Origin: Oscillospiraceae bacterium
GTDB lineage: Bacteria; Bacillota; Clostridia; Oscillospirales; JAKOTC01
Direction: 5' to 3'
NCBI GenBank assembly: GCA_035353335.1
Contig: DAOPZJ010000003.1
Span: 4,157-68,156 of the forward strand
Length of the DNA stretch: 64,000 nt
Positions 37,437-46,543 of the stretch are shown here, one piece after another. Numbering within the stretch: position 1 is the first letter of the stretch; each line of letters begins with the position of its first letter. Below the pieces are notes generated by a model. It did not search any database. It was not told where the DNA came from and worked only from the letters and a program-made list of their open reading frames with translations. A program made the translations under genes and the position numbers.

Positions 37437-37880
37437 ATGATTTTGAGCATAAAACAAGATCAGGCAGCTGAATTTTTCAGCGGCGGTTTTAACTGTTCCC
37501 AATCCGTGTTGGCGGCTTTCTGCGAAAAGTACGGATTAGACCAAAAAACCGCTCTCAAAGCCGCCTGCGGACTGGGCGGCGGGTGCCGTTCCGGAGAAAT
37601 CTGCGGAGCGGTTTCCGGCGCGGTAATCACAATCGGCTTGAAATACGGTCATTGTCAGCCCGGAGATGCGGAGTCAAAAGCCAATTGCTACGCAAAGACC
37701 GCAGAATTTCTGAATGCCTTTAAAGCCCAAAACGGGAGTATTATCTGCCGGGAAATTCTGGGCTGCGATATTTCGACCGCAGGGGGCATGGAGCAGGCTA
37801 AAAGCAAAAATCTTTTTAAAACAACCTGCGTCGGTATGGTCAGGAGCGCCGCATCCATCCTCGATGAACTGAGTTATTAA
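37437..37880 (+). CDS. C_GCAxxG_C_C family protein
   Basis: Motifs FNCSQSVL and CGLGGGCRSGEICGAVSG. Confidence 0.88.
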   Translation: MILSIKQDQAAEFFSGGFNCSQSVLAAFCEKYGLDQKTALKAACGLGGGCRSGEICGAVSGAVITIGLKYGHCQPGDAESKANCYAKTAEFLNAFKAQNGSIICREILGCDISTAGGMEQAKSKNLFKTTCVGMVRSAASILDELSY

Positions 37881-37905
37881 CAATGCCGGTGAAATTATAA
37901 AAACC

Positions 37906-37934
37906 AAGAGGGTTCTCTTTTTGAGAGCCCTCTT
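37906..37934. terminator. bidirectional stem-loop terminator
   Basis: AAGAGGGTTCTC-TTTTT-GAGAGCCCTCTT. It sits between convergent genes, with a T-run on the minus side. Confidence 0.7.
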
Positions 37935-37958
37935 CCCGTTTAACTTAACTATTGATAT

Positions 37959-38486
37959 TTATTCGATTAATAAACTATATATCTTATGTAAATACTCTTT
38001 CCCCCGGAACACAAAAACCGTCGTCTTACCGGTAAACCGAAACCCATGCCGTTCTGCCAATTTGACTGATCCGAGGTTGTCGGGGTAGATACCGGCATCA
38101 ATCCGCTTTAGGTTCATCCCGGTTTTGGCGAAAGATAAAATCACCTTCATTGCCTCCGACATATAGCCCTTTCCCCAAAACTCCGGCTGCAAATCATAAC
38201 CGACTTCAGCACAGCTGTTTTCCCGGTTCCAGTTGTGAAATCCGCAGGTGCCGATTTTTTCACCGCTTTCCTTTAAGACCAAAATCCAGCGGTGCAGGGT
38301 CCGGGGCTCGGGCTGCGTGAAATAACCGATCAATTCGTCCGCTTCCTGCAAATTTTTATACGGTTCAGCGTCATAAAGATATTCGTTCACAGCGTCGGTG
38401 GAAAACTGTTTCAATATAAAATCCCTGTCTCCGGCACTGATATTTTTTAAACACAGACGCTCAGTCTCCAGTTCACGAAAAAGCAC
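37959..38486 (-). CDS. GNAT-family N-acetyltransferase (RimJ/RimL-like)
   Basis: 175 aa. Motifs WGKGYMSEA and KRIDAGIYPDN. Confidence 0.88.
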   Translation of the reverse strand: MLFRELETERLCLKNISAGDRDFILKQFSTDAVNEYLYDAEPYKNLQEADELIGYFTQPEPRTLHRWILVLKESGEKIGTCGFHNWNRENSCAEVGYDLQPEFWGKGYMSEAMKVILSFAKTGMNLKRIDAGIYPDNLGSVKLAERHGFRFTGKTTVFVFRGKEYLHKIYSLLIE

Positions 38487-38515
38487 GGATTTTCGTCTCC
38501 CCCGCTTCGTTTAAT

Positions 38516-39937
38516 TTATTTTTGCTCATCCCGAATAGCCAGACGCTTCCTCACCCACGGCAGCATCAGCCGCTCGCGCGGCATCTGGGGCGGCTCTTTC
38601 CAGTTTTCCGGGTTAATTCTCGGCAGCAGCACGAAAACCAACAAACCGACGCCGATTTCCAGAATAAACGTCAGGAATAACAGCATCTGGACACTGTTAA
38701 GCACTAAGCCGAAAATGTTCAACGTGGCGTCTCCGAGTATTTTGACAAATCCGGTTCCGAACAGCATGCTCAGCAGCGCCGACGAATGCACCGCAATCAC
38801 ATAAAACGACATATATGCCGTCCGGTCGGTCTCGGGAAGGTTGATATACGGGAAGTTCGAATAAGTCAGCGTGATAAACAATCCTGTCACGTGCTGCAGC
38901 AGACGGACGGTGATAAAAAGCCAGTTTGTGGCGCCGTCGGCGTTATGTACAAAAGTATATAACAGGAAGGTGGGTGCCTGGACAAGCACCCAGATCGCAT
39001 AGGTCTTGAACCACGACCATCGGGCGATCTGACGTTTGGCGATATTTCCGAACAGAATAAATACGATGAAATAGGCCGCGTTGATGCCGTTGATCAGTGA
39101 ATAGCTGACCTTAACATTCTCGATCAGATGTACGTTGATAAACGGAGTTGAAACGTTCGCCGCAAACGTGTAGGCGAACATCACGAGCATCGTCAATATG
39201 AATTTTTTATTTTTAAACGGAAGCGTCAGAACCTTCGCGGGACTGATAGATTTAGTCTCGCTGCGCGGATAGGGATATTCTTTGGGCAATGCAAGCATCA
39301 GCACATCGAGGAATGCGATGCCGTAAGCGACAAAGCGCAGAATTACGATAATACGCAGCTGTTCGGGACCTCCCGCAGGCAGTGCGTCGGTGATGGCCGA
39401 GGAGGTGATCAATATCCCGCCGGTGATGATGTTGTTGATGATATTGGACTGGTTAAAATAATCCGCGCGGATATCTTCGGGCAAAAAGTTGAGGTGCCAC
39501 ACCGAATAACCCTGTGAAAAAATGTTGTTGACGGCGTTTGCGAAAAAAATAATCAGGGCAAAACCCCAGATGCGGGCACCCGGGTCCTGCACCAGTTTGG
39601 GCAGCAGCGTCAGCCCGAGGATGTTGATGGTATAATACAGCACACGCCCTCCGGCAAGCACCCACCGGCGTTTCGGAAAACGTTCCAAAACGAGCGGAGA
39701 GAGCAGGCAAAATAACGACGCCATATAAGGAACAAACGACAAAATCCCGATATTAACGAGGTTGATTCCGTATCCGACGAGGAATCCGGAATAAAATACA
39801 CCACCTGAAAGGTTCGCGGCAATACTCGCAATTACCGCTGAAGCGATCATGGCAGTGCGGCCGCGCGCTTTTTCCTCATGCAGATTGAACACGCGGAAAA
39901 AGGCCGCGTTTTTTATGACGATTTTCATATTTCTCAT
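38516..39937 (-). CDS. MFS-type transporter
   Basis: ATG 39937 gives MRNMKIV...; the track start 40129 runs through the promoter region. About 12 TM helices. Confidence 0.8.
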   Translation of the reverse strand: MRNMKIVIKNAAFFRVFNLHEEKARGRTAMIASAVIASIAANLSGGVFYSGFLVGYGINLVNIGILSFVPYMASLFCLLSPLVLERFPKRRWVLAGGRVLYYTINILGLTLLPKLVQDPGARIWGFALIIFFANAVNNIFSQGYSVWHLNFLPEDIRADYFNQSNIINNIITGGILITSSAITDALPAGGPEQLRIIVILRFVAYGIAFLDVLMLALPKEYPYPRSETKSISPAKVLTLPFKNKKFILTMLVMFAYTFAANVSTPFINVHLIENVKVSYSLINGINAAYFIVFILFGNIAKRQIARWSWFKTYAIWVLVQAPTFLLYTFVHNADGATNWLFITVRLLQHVTGLFITLTYSNFPYINLPETDRTAYMSFYVIAVHSSALLSMLFGTGFVKILGDATLNIFGLVLNSVQMLLFLTFILEIGVGLLVFVLLPRINPENWKEPPQMPRERLMLPWVRKRLAIRDEQK

Positions 39938-39989
39938 GTTGTAAAATCCTTTTAAAAAAGCGAACGCAGTTTTTCCGTTCGCTACCCCT

Positions 39990-40017
39990 ATTTTACATAA
40001 ATAAACGCCGCTGTCAA
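39990..40017 (-). promoter_or_regulatory. sigma-A-type promoter for the MFS gene
   Basis: On the minus strand: TTGACA (40017-40012), 16 nt, TAAAAT (39995-39990). The hairpin AGCGAACG/CGTTCGCT (39959-39983) sits at the predicted 5' end. Confidence 0.55.
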
Positions 40018-40054
40018 CAAATTTGTAAAAATTCGTGATATGGGCTGTTTTAAA

Positions 40055-40083
40055 TTGCCTTTTCGGGCCTTTTTTGTTATAAT
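40055..40083 (+). promoter_or_regulatory. sigma-A-type promoter for maf
   Basis: TTGCCT, 17 nt, TATAAT. Confidence 0.55.
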
Positions 40084-40165
40084 TTCTTACAGAATGCCGA
40101 AAAATACGGACTTTCTGCATTGAATCCACACATATAAGCCCATCAATAAAGAAAGAGAAAACATC

Positions 40166-40753
40166 ATGAAACTATATCTTGCCTCGGGCTCCCCGAGAAG
40201 ACGCGAACTGCTGACTTTGGCGGGCATCCCCTTTGAAGTGCGCCCTTGCAATGACCCGGAGGAGACAGCCGCAGAATCTCCGGTTCATACCGTACTGGAC
40301 TTATCTTCGCATAAAGCCCGGGCCGTCTTTGAAGACATCAAGTACGGTTCCGAAGAAAGTGGCTTCGCTGTTCTGGGTGCGGACACCATCGTTGTCATTG
40401 ACGACGAAATCATCGGAAAACCCAAAGACGATGAAGATGCACGGAAGATTTTAAAAAAGCTCTCGGGCCGTACGCATGAGGTTTACACCGGTGTCTGTTT
40501 ACTGGCACGTAAAAAAGATAAGACCCGCGAAATGGCCTTTTGCGAGCGCACCGCTGTCACGATGTATGAAATCACCGACGCAGAACTTGACGCGTATCTT
40601 GCCAGTGGGGAACACATGGATAAAGCCGGTGCATATGCGATACAGGGACTCGCGGTCAAATTCGTACGCAAGGTCACCGGCGATTACAGCAATATCGTCG
40701 GCCTTCCCGTCGCCCGGGTTTACCACGAACTCATAAAATTGCGCGTCCTGTAA
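40166..40753 (+). CDS. maf: Maf-family nucleoside triphosphate pyrophosphatase / septum formation protein
   Basis: Motifs LYLASGSPRRRELL, GADTIV and GAYAIQG. Confidence 0.93.
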   Translation: MKLYLASGSPRRRELLTLAGIPFEVRPCNDPEETAAESPVHTVLDLSSHKARAVFEDIKYGSEESGFAVLGADTIVVIDDEIIGKPKDDEDARKILKKLSGRTHEVYTGVCLLARKKDKTREMAFCERTAVTMYEITDAELDAYLASGEHMDKAGAYAIQGLAVKFVRKVTGDYSNIVGLPVARVYHELIKLRVL

Positions 40754-40909
40754 TTCCCGGCGATTCATGCCACGTCGGCAGTTGATTTTATGCGGCTTGA
40801 AAAATTCTGCCGTTTATGCTATCCTGTAAAAGGCGCTTTATAGCTTCAGGGAGCGTAAAAGTTTAAAAACGAATTTGCATACCTGAATGCGAAAGGATGG
40901 TCATAAAAT

Positions 40910-41644
40910 ATGCAAAAGATTTTGACCTTCTGCTCCGGCAAGGGTGGGGTGGGCAAATCAACCGCCGCTGCCTGTGTAGCCGCTTCCATCGTCTGCCGCG
41001 GAAAGCGCGTACTTTTGGTCGACGCCGATCAGGGCATTGCCAGCCTGGACATTCTGCTCGGCATGGAAAAGCCGGCTCTGTTTGACATCTGCGATGCCGT
41101 CGCCAAACGCTGCGATATTTCGGACGCGGTAATCCCGTGTTCGGGACTCGCGGGCCTCTGCATCGCATCGGCTGCCTTATCTCCTGAGAAATTTTGCTCC
41201 GGCGCGGATATCACCCGATTTTGCCGCATTATGGCGGGTCAGTTCGACTTTATCATCATCGACGCCCCCGCCGGTCTCGGCCGCGAATTTGACAGTGCGG
41301 TTACGGCGGCAGACGAAGTTGTGATTGTCTCAACACCCGATGACCCGGCGCTTCGTGCGGCGACAAAAACCGGCGCTCTGATTGCAAAAATGGGCAAAAA
41401 GAGCCGCTTGCTGCTCAATAAATACGACAGACGGCTCGTTCGGAAAAAAATCGCGCCCTCAATCGATGACTTTGTCGACGCCGTCGGGAGCCAATTGCTC
41501 GGTGTGATTCCGTTCGATCAGGAGTTTGCCAAGCTCTCCCGCAAAGGGGTCCTCATGCTGCCGAAATCGGCTGTATCCGTACAGTCATTTTATAACATCG
41601 CCGCACGCATCTGCGGGAAATACATACCGCTTACGCGCCTGTAA
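40910..41644 (+). CDS. MinD/ParA-family ATPase, divergent MinD-like
   Basis: Deviant Walker A SGKGGVGKST, LLVDADQGIASLDILLGME and IIIDAPAGLG. MinD-specific RNLD and RDADR read ASLD and RAATK. No C-terminal amphipathic helix is evident. Confidence 0.85.
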   Translation: MQKILTFCSGKGGVGKSTAAACVAASIVCRGKRVLLVDADQGIASLDILLGMEKPALFDICDAVAKRCDISDAVIPCSGLAGLCIASAALSPEKFCSGADITRFCRIMAGQFDFIIIDAPAGLGREFDSAVTAADEVVIVSTPDDPALRAATKTGALIAKMGKKSRLLLNKYDRRLVRKKIAPSIDDFVDAVGSQLLGVIPFDQEFAKLSRKGVLMLPKSAVSVQSFYNIAARICGKYIPLTRL

Positions 41645-41663
41645 AAAGGCAGAAAGGAATGTC

Positions 41664-42065
41664 ATGAACATCGCGCTCATTGCCGATAACGATAAAAAAG
41701 AGCTTTTAGTGCAATTTTGCACCGCTTACAAGGGGATCCTGACAAAACACGACCTGTGCGCCACAGCCGCAACGGCGAAATTAGTCTCCGAAGGCGCAGG
41801 GCTGAAAATCCTTTCATTGATGTCCGGTTCGCAGGGTGGACTTGAGCAAATCGCCGCGCTGGTCAGCTGTGACCGCATCGATATGTTGATTTTTTTCCGC
41901 ACCCCGAATGAGCAGCGCATGAGCGGTGCCGAATTCAATCTGATGCGGCTCTGTGACGCGCATACGGTGCCGATGGCCACCAACATCGCGACCGCCGAGG
42001 TACTCATACACGGCCTTTCGAACGGATGGCTCGACTGGCGCGATATCGTCAATCCTAAGAACTAA
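41664..42065 (+). CDS. methylglyoxal synthase-like (MGS-like domain) protein, catalytic residues substituted
   Basis: ATG 41664 after GAAAGGA gives MNIALIADNDKKELL. The GGLEQIAALV and IDMLIFFRTP blocks align to MgsA, but the His/Asp catalytic positions differ. The track start 41526 is over-extended. Confidence 0.8.
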   Translation: MNIALIADNDKKELLVQFCTAYKGILTKHDLCATAATAKLVSEGAGLKILSLMSGSQGGLEQIAALVSCDRIDMLIFFRTPNEQRMSGAEFNLMRLCDAHTVPMATNIATAEVLIHGLSNGWLDWRDIVNPKN

Positions 42066-42101
42066 AACCATATCATAAAAGTGCACCCTTTTAGTTTTTG
42101 A

Positions 42102-42136
42102 GGTGCCGCCGGGTCGCAAAGACGCCGACCCCTACA
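42102..42136 (-). repeat. REP-like element, single copy
   Basis: The reverse complement is TGTAGGGGTCGGCGTCTTTGCGACCCGGCGGCACC. 33 of 38 positions in my hand alignment match the copy at 20348-20385. Confidence 0.7.
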
Positions 42137-42162
42137 GATTTTATAAAAAGGGAAGAACTAAA

Positions 42163-43428
42163 ATGCCTTTAAAATTCCAAAGACCGCGCGGCACGGCGGA
42201 TTCGCTGCCCGAACAGTCCGCTGTCTACAGCCAAATTGAAGAGATATTTTCAATCGAAGCCAAACTCGCCGGCTTCGGCCGGATTCGCGTTCCGACTTTT
42301 GAAAAGACCACTCTGTTTGCGCGCAGTTCCGGCGAGACCTCGGACGTGGTCAGCAAAGAGATGTATACCTTTCAGGACCGCGGCGGCGAGGATTTGACCT
42401 TGGCCCCCGAGGGCACGGCCGGCGTTGTACGCGCTTATTTGGAAGACGGCCTTGCCGGGGAGGCATTGCCGCAAAAATTATTCTATTTTACATCATGTTT
42501 TCGTTATAACCGCCCGCAGGCTGGCCGTCTGCGTGAATTCCACCAGGTCGGTTTCGAGATTTTCGGCGCGGATTCCTATCTTGCCGAGGCCGAGCTGATT
42601 GCGATGATCAGCCGCGCGTTCAAAAAGATCGGCATCGCGGACGCGGTGACGACGAAACTCAATTCCATCGGCTGCAAGGCGTGCAGGGGTGAATATAAAA
42701 AAGCGCTGGTCGCTTATTTCGAACAGTACAAAACCACTCTCTGCGAGACCTGCAACGAGCGGCTCTATAAAAACCCGATGCGTATTTTGGACTGCAAATC
42801 GCCCGAATGCAAAGCGATTGCAAAAGGCGCGCCTGTCATCACCGATTATCTCTGCGCCGACTGTAAAAAGCACTTCGATGCGCTCTGCGCGTTACTCACC
42901 GATCTCGGCGTCAAATACGAGCTCGACACCGGCATCGTGCGCGGCCTCGACTATTATAACGGCCCGGTCTTTGAGTTTGTCACCGACCGACTCGGCGCGC
43001 AGGATGCCGTCGGAGGCGGCGGACGCTACGACGGCCTTGTTGAGGAACTCGGCGGTCAGCCGACCCCGGCACTCGGCCTTGCGATGGGCATTGAGCGCAT
43101 GACTTTGCTCGCTGAAAAATGCGGCTGCGTATTTGATAAACCCTCGGCGGGCAGATTATTGATTATTCCGATCGGAGATGAGACCAGGCCGCGCGCAGCG
43201 CGGCTGGCCGACGCGGTCAAGGCCGCCGGAATTTCGTGCCAGACGGAACTCTGCACCCGCAGCCTAAAATCCTCGATGCGTTTTGCCAACAAGGCGGGCT
43301 TCGAATTTGCACTGATTTTGGGTGAAGACGAAATGAAAACCGGCAATTTTGTTTTGAAAGATATGAAAAACGATCGCGAGCGATCTGTCGGAAGTGAAGC
43401 CGAACTGATTGCGGCGCTGAAAGAATAA
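42163..43428 (+). CDS. hisS: histidine--tRNA ligase
   Basis: ATG 42163 after AAAAGGGAAG. Motifs RYNRPQAGRLREFHQ and GGGRYDGL. Confidence 0.95.
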   Translation: MPLKFQRPRGTADSLPEQSAVYSQIEEIFSIEAKLAGFGRIRVPTFEKTTLFARSSGETSDVVSKEMYTFQDRGGEDLTLAPEGTAGVVRAYLEDGLAGEALPQKLFYFTSCFRYNRPQAGRLREFHQVGFEIFGADSYLAEAELIAMISRAFKKIGIADAVTTKLNSIGCKACRGEYKKALVAYFEQYKTTLCETCNERLYKNPMRILDCKSPECKAIAKGAPVITDYLCADCKKHFDALCALLTDLGVKYELDTGIVRGLDYYNGPVFEFVTDRLGAQDAVGGGGRYDGLVEELGGQPTPALGLAMGIERMTLLAEKCGCVFDKPSAGRLLIIPIGDETRPRAARLADAVKAAGISCQTELCTRSLKSSMRFANKAGFEFALILGEDEMKTGNFVLKDMKNDRERSVGSEAELIAALKE

Positions 43429-43452
43429 TTGAATAACGAAAGAGGAATCTCT

Positions 43453-45210
43453 ATGATAAAACGCACCAAATACGCCACCGAAGTCACTAAAGCCGACCTC
43501 GGCAAAATCGTTTCGGTCTGCGGTTGGGTGGCAAGACAGCGCAACCTCGGCGGATTGATTTTTGTCGATCTGCGCGACCGCACGGGCATCATTCAGCTGG
43601 CTTTCGACGAGGCTACAGACCGTAAAATCTTCGATCTGGCATTTACGCTTCGCAGCGAATTTGTCATCGGCGCAACCGGAACGGTACGCGAGCGCGAGAG
43701 CAAAAATTACGACATCCCGACCGGCGAACTCGAGCTTTTTGTGACCGACCTTCAGCTCTTCACCAAAAGCGAAACCCCGCCGTTTGAGATCATCGACAAC
43801 TGCAACGCCAACGAAGAACTGCGCCTGCGCTACCGTTATCTCGACCTGCGCCGTTCTCCGCTGCAAAAGAACATTCTGACCCGCCACGAACTTGCGCGTG
43901 TCACCCGCGAATATTTTTATGAAAACGGCTTTATCGAGATCGAGACCCCGATGATGATCAAATCCACTCCGGAGGGCGCGCGCGACTACATCGTCCCTTC
44001 CCGTATTCACCCGGGTAATTTCTATGCGCTTCCCCAGTCCCCGCAGCTTTATAAACAGCTTTTGATGCTCGCCGGTTTCGACCGCTATATTCAGCTGGCC
44101 CGCTGTTTCCGCGACGAGGATTTGCGCGCCGACCGCCAACCCGAATTCACTCAGATCGATATCGAGATGTCGTTTGTCGATGTCGACGACATTCTCAAAA
44201 TGATTGAGGGCTTTATCGAACGGGTCTTTGACCGAATGCTGAACCGCAAAGTGGAGCTTCCGATCCGACGGCTGACTTTTGCCGATGCCATGAACCGTTT
44301 CGGCTCGGATAAACCCGACCTGCGCTTCGGCATGGAGATTCAGGATGTCAGCGAACTGGTCAAAAACTGCGGTTTCCCGGTCTTCTCGGATGCGGTAAAA
44401 AACGGCGGCAGCGTCCGCTGCATCGCCGCAAAGAACAGCACTTCTGTGCTTACCCGAAAAGAGATCGACAAGCTCACCGAAACCGTGCGCGGCATCGGCG
44501 CAAAAGGGCTTGCGTATGTGCGTTGGAGCGAAGATGAACCGACTTGTTCCTTTTCAAAATTCCTTGCCGAGGGTGAGCTTGCGAAACTGCTCTCGGCCGT
44601 CGGCTGTGAAAAAGGCGACACCGTTTTATTTGTCGCCGACAAAAACAAAGTGGTTTTGCCGGTGCTGGGCGCACTCCGCAACATCGTGGCAAGACAGCTC
44701 AATATCATCCCGAAAGACAGATACGAGCTCCTTTGGGTAGTCGAGATGCCGTTTTTCGAGTTCGATGAGGACAGCGGCGAGTGGGTCGCGATGCACCACC
44801 CCTTCACGATGCCGCTTGAGGAATGCATGCCGTATCTCGAGAGCGATCCCGGGAAAGTGCGCGCGAAGTCATATGATCTTGTTCTCAACGGCGTCGAACT
44901 GCTCTCCGGCTCGATCCGAATCAACGACCCGGCACTTCAAAAGCGCATGTTCGGGCTGCTCGGTCTGACTCCCGAACAGATCCAGTCCAAATTCGGCTTT
45001 TTGGTGGATGCCTACCGCTTCGGCGCACCGCCGCACGGCGGAGTCGGCCTCGGCCTTGACCGGCTTGCGATGCTCATCTGCGGCGCGGATTCGCTGCGCG
45101 ACGTCCTTGCGTTCCCGAAAGTTCAGAATGCCTCGGAGCTCATGAGCGGCTGTCCGTCCCCGGTCGATCAAAAGCAGTTGGATGAATTGAAAATTAATCT
45201 GAATGAATAA
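43453..45210 (+). CDS. aspS: aspartate--tRNA ligase
   Basis: ATG 43453 after AGAGGA. Motifs FRDEDLRADRQPEFTQID and GGVGLGLDRL. Confidence 0.95.
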   Translation: MIKRTKYATEVTKADLGKIVSVCGWVARQRNLGGLIFVDLRDRTGIIQLAFDEATDRKIFDLAFTLRSEFVIGATGTVRERESKNYDIPTGELELFVTDLQLFTKSETPPFEIIDNCNANEELRLRYRYLDLRRSPLQKNILTRHELARVTREYFYENGFIEIETPMMIKSTPEGARDYIVPSRIHPGNFYALPQSPQLYKQLLMLAGFDRYIQLARCFRDEDLRADRQPEFTQIDIEMSFVDVDDILKMIEGFIERVFDRMLNRKVELPIRRLTFADAMNRFGSDKPDLRFGMEIQDVSELVKNCGFPVFSDAVKNGGSVRCIAAKNSTSVLTRKEIDKLTETVRGIGAKGLAYVRWSEDEPTCSFSKFLAEGELAKLLSAVGCEKGDTVLFVADKNKVVLPVLGALRNIVARQLNIIPKDRYELLWVVEMPFFEFDEDSGEWVAMHHPFTMPLEECMPYLESDPGKVRAKSYDLVLNGVELLSGSIRINDPALQKRMFGLLGLTPEQIQSKFGFLVDAYRFGAPPHGGVGLGLDRLAMLICGADSLRDVLAFPKVQNASELMSGCPSPVDQKQLDELKINLNE

Positions 45211-45347
45211 ATACCCGGCGCACCGCCGGCGGCGCGTCGCCGGTGGCAATACACGAACGAAGCTTGCTGTTTTAGGTGAAAAATTACCCCGTGGCCGGAT
45301 TCGGGTATGCTATCACCAAAACTCCCGTGCGAAAGGGTGATCTGTAA

Positions 45348-46487
45348 TTGAGCAAGATCGGCGGTTCGATATCCGAATTCGTCAAAAAAGTGGATATGGC
45401 GCTGATTTTGCTGTGCGTCGGTTTTTCGGCTTTCGGCGTTGCGGTGATTTACAGCGCGACCCACAATATTTCCACCCGTCATGCAGTGGTTCAGTGCCTC
45501 GGCATTCTGATTGGAATTGCGGCGATGATTTTGGTGTCGGTGATCGATTATGAAGCGCTTTTAAAGCTCTGGAAGGTCTATGTCCCGATTTGCGTGCTGC
45601 TGATGGTCTTGACCTATATCTGGGGCTACGCGCCTTCCGGCACCAACAACAAGGCCTGGCTGGAACTGCCCGGCGGCCTGCTGCTTCAGCCCTCCGAACT
45701 GCTTAAACTTGCGTTCATCTATACGCTTTCATTGCATATTCAGACCCTGGGCGACAAGATCAAGACGGTCAAAGGCGTGCTCAGCCTTGCCGTACATGCC
45801 GCCGTCCCGATCGGACTGGTCCTTTTACAGCGCGACTGGGGCTCGATGATGATATTCGTTTTCATTTTCCTGTTCATCACCTTTTCGGCGGGCGTTCAGC
45901 TGCGTTATTTTGCGATCGCGCTCGGTGCGGCAGCGGTATCGCTTCCGCTGCTTTGGAATTTTGTACTCAAAACCTATCAGAAGAAACGGATATTGGCGGT
46001 CTACTTCCCCGAACTCGACCCTGATTACGACTATATCTACCAGCAGGTCATGGGCAAGCTCTCAATCGGCTCCGGGGGCTTTTTCGGCACCGGCTGGCTC
46101 AAAGGCCCGCGCACGCAGGCCTCGCTGGTCCCCGAGCAGCGCAACGATTTCATCATGGCTGCGCTCGGTGAGGAGTTCGGATTTTTCGGCTGCTTAATCG
46201 TAATGATCATTCTGTTTGCGATTCTCATGCGGATTCTGAACGCCGCAAAAACATCCCGTGACATCTCCGGAAAGTGTATCTGCGTCGGCGTGTTCGCGAT
46301 CATTCTGACGCAGACCGTCATCAACGTCGGAATGACGCTCTCGCTCGTCCCGGTCATCGGCGTGACTTTGCCGTTCTTCTCTTCGGGCGGGACCTCAGTC
46401 ATGGTCAGCTTCATCTCCGTCGGAATGGTGCTCGGCGTCTACAACCGGCGAGAGCGTTATGTATTCTTTGACAAAGTCATTCGATGA
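45348..46487 (+). CDS. rodA: FtsW/RodA/SpoVE-family peptidoglycan glycosyltransferase (elongasome RodA by context)
   Basis: TTG start, 10-TM SEDS pattern and the motifs PSELLKLAFI and PEQRNDFI. Confidence 0.88.
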   Translation: MSKIGGSISEFVKKVDMALILLCVGFSAFGVAVIYSATHNISTRHAVVQCLGILIGIAAMILVSVIDYEALLKLWKVYVPICVLLMVLTYIWGYAPSGTNNKAWLELPGGLLLQPSELLKLAFIYTLSLHIQTLGDKIKTVKGVLSLAVHAAVPIGLVLLQRDWGSMMIFVFIFLFITFSAGVQLRYFAIALGAAAVSLPLLWNFVLKTYQKKRILAVYFPELDPDYDYIYQQVMGKLSIGSGGFFGTGWLKGPRTQASLVPEQRNDFIMAALGEEFGFFGCLIVMIILFAILMRILNAAKTSRDISGKCICVGVFAIILTQTVINVGMTLSLVPVIGVTLPFFSSGGTSVMVSFISVGMVLGVYNRRERYVFFDKVIR

Positions 46488-46543
46488 ACATTCCTTCGAT
46501 ATTTTAGCGACAATACATTTTTCATCAGGAGGAGGGTTATACC

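Noticed and set aside
43264-44139. 291-aa minus-strand ORF.
   Set aside because: It is antisense to hisS/aspS and is a shadow ORF.
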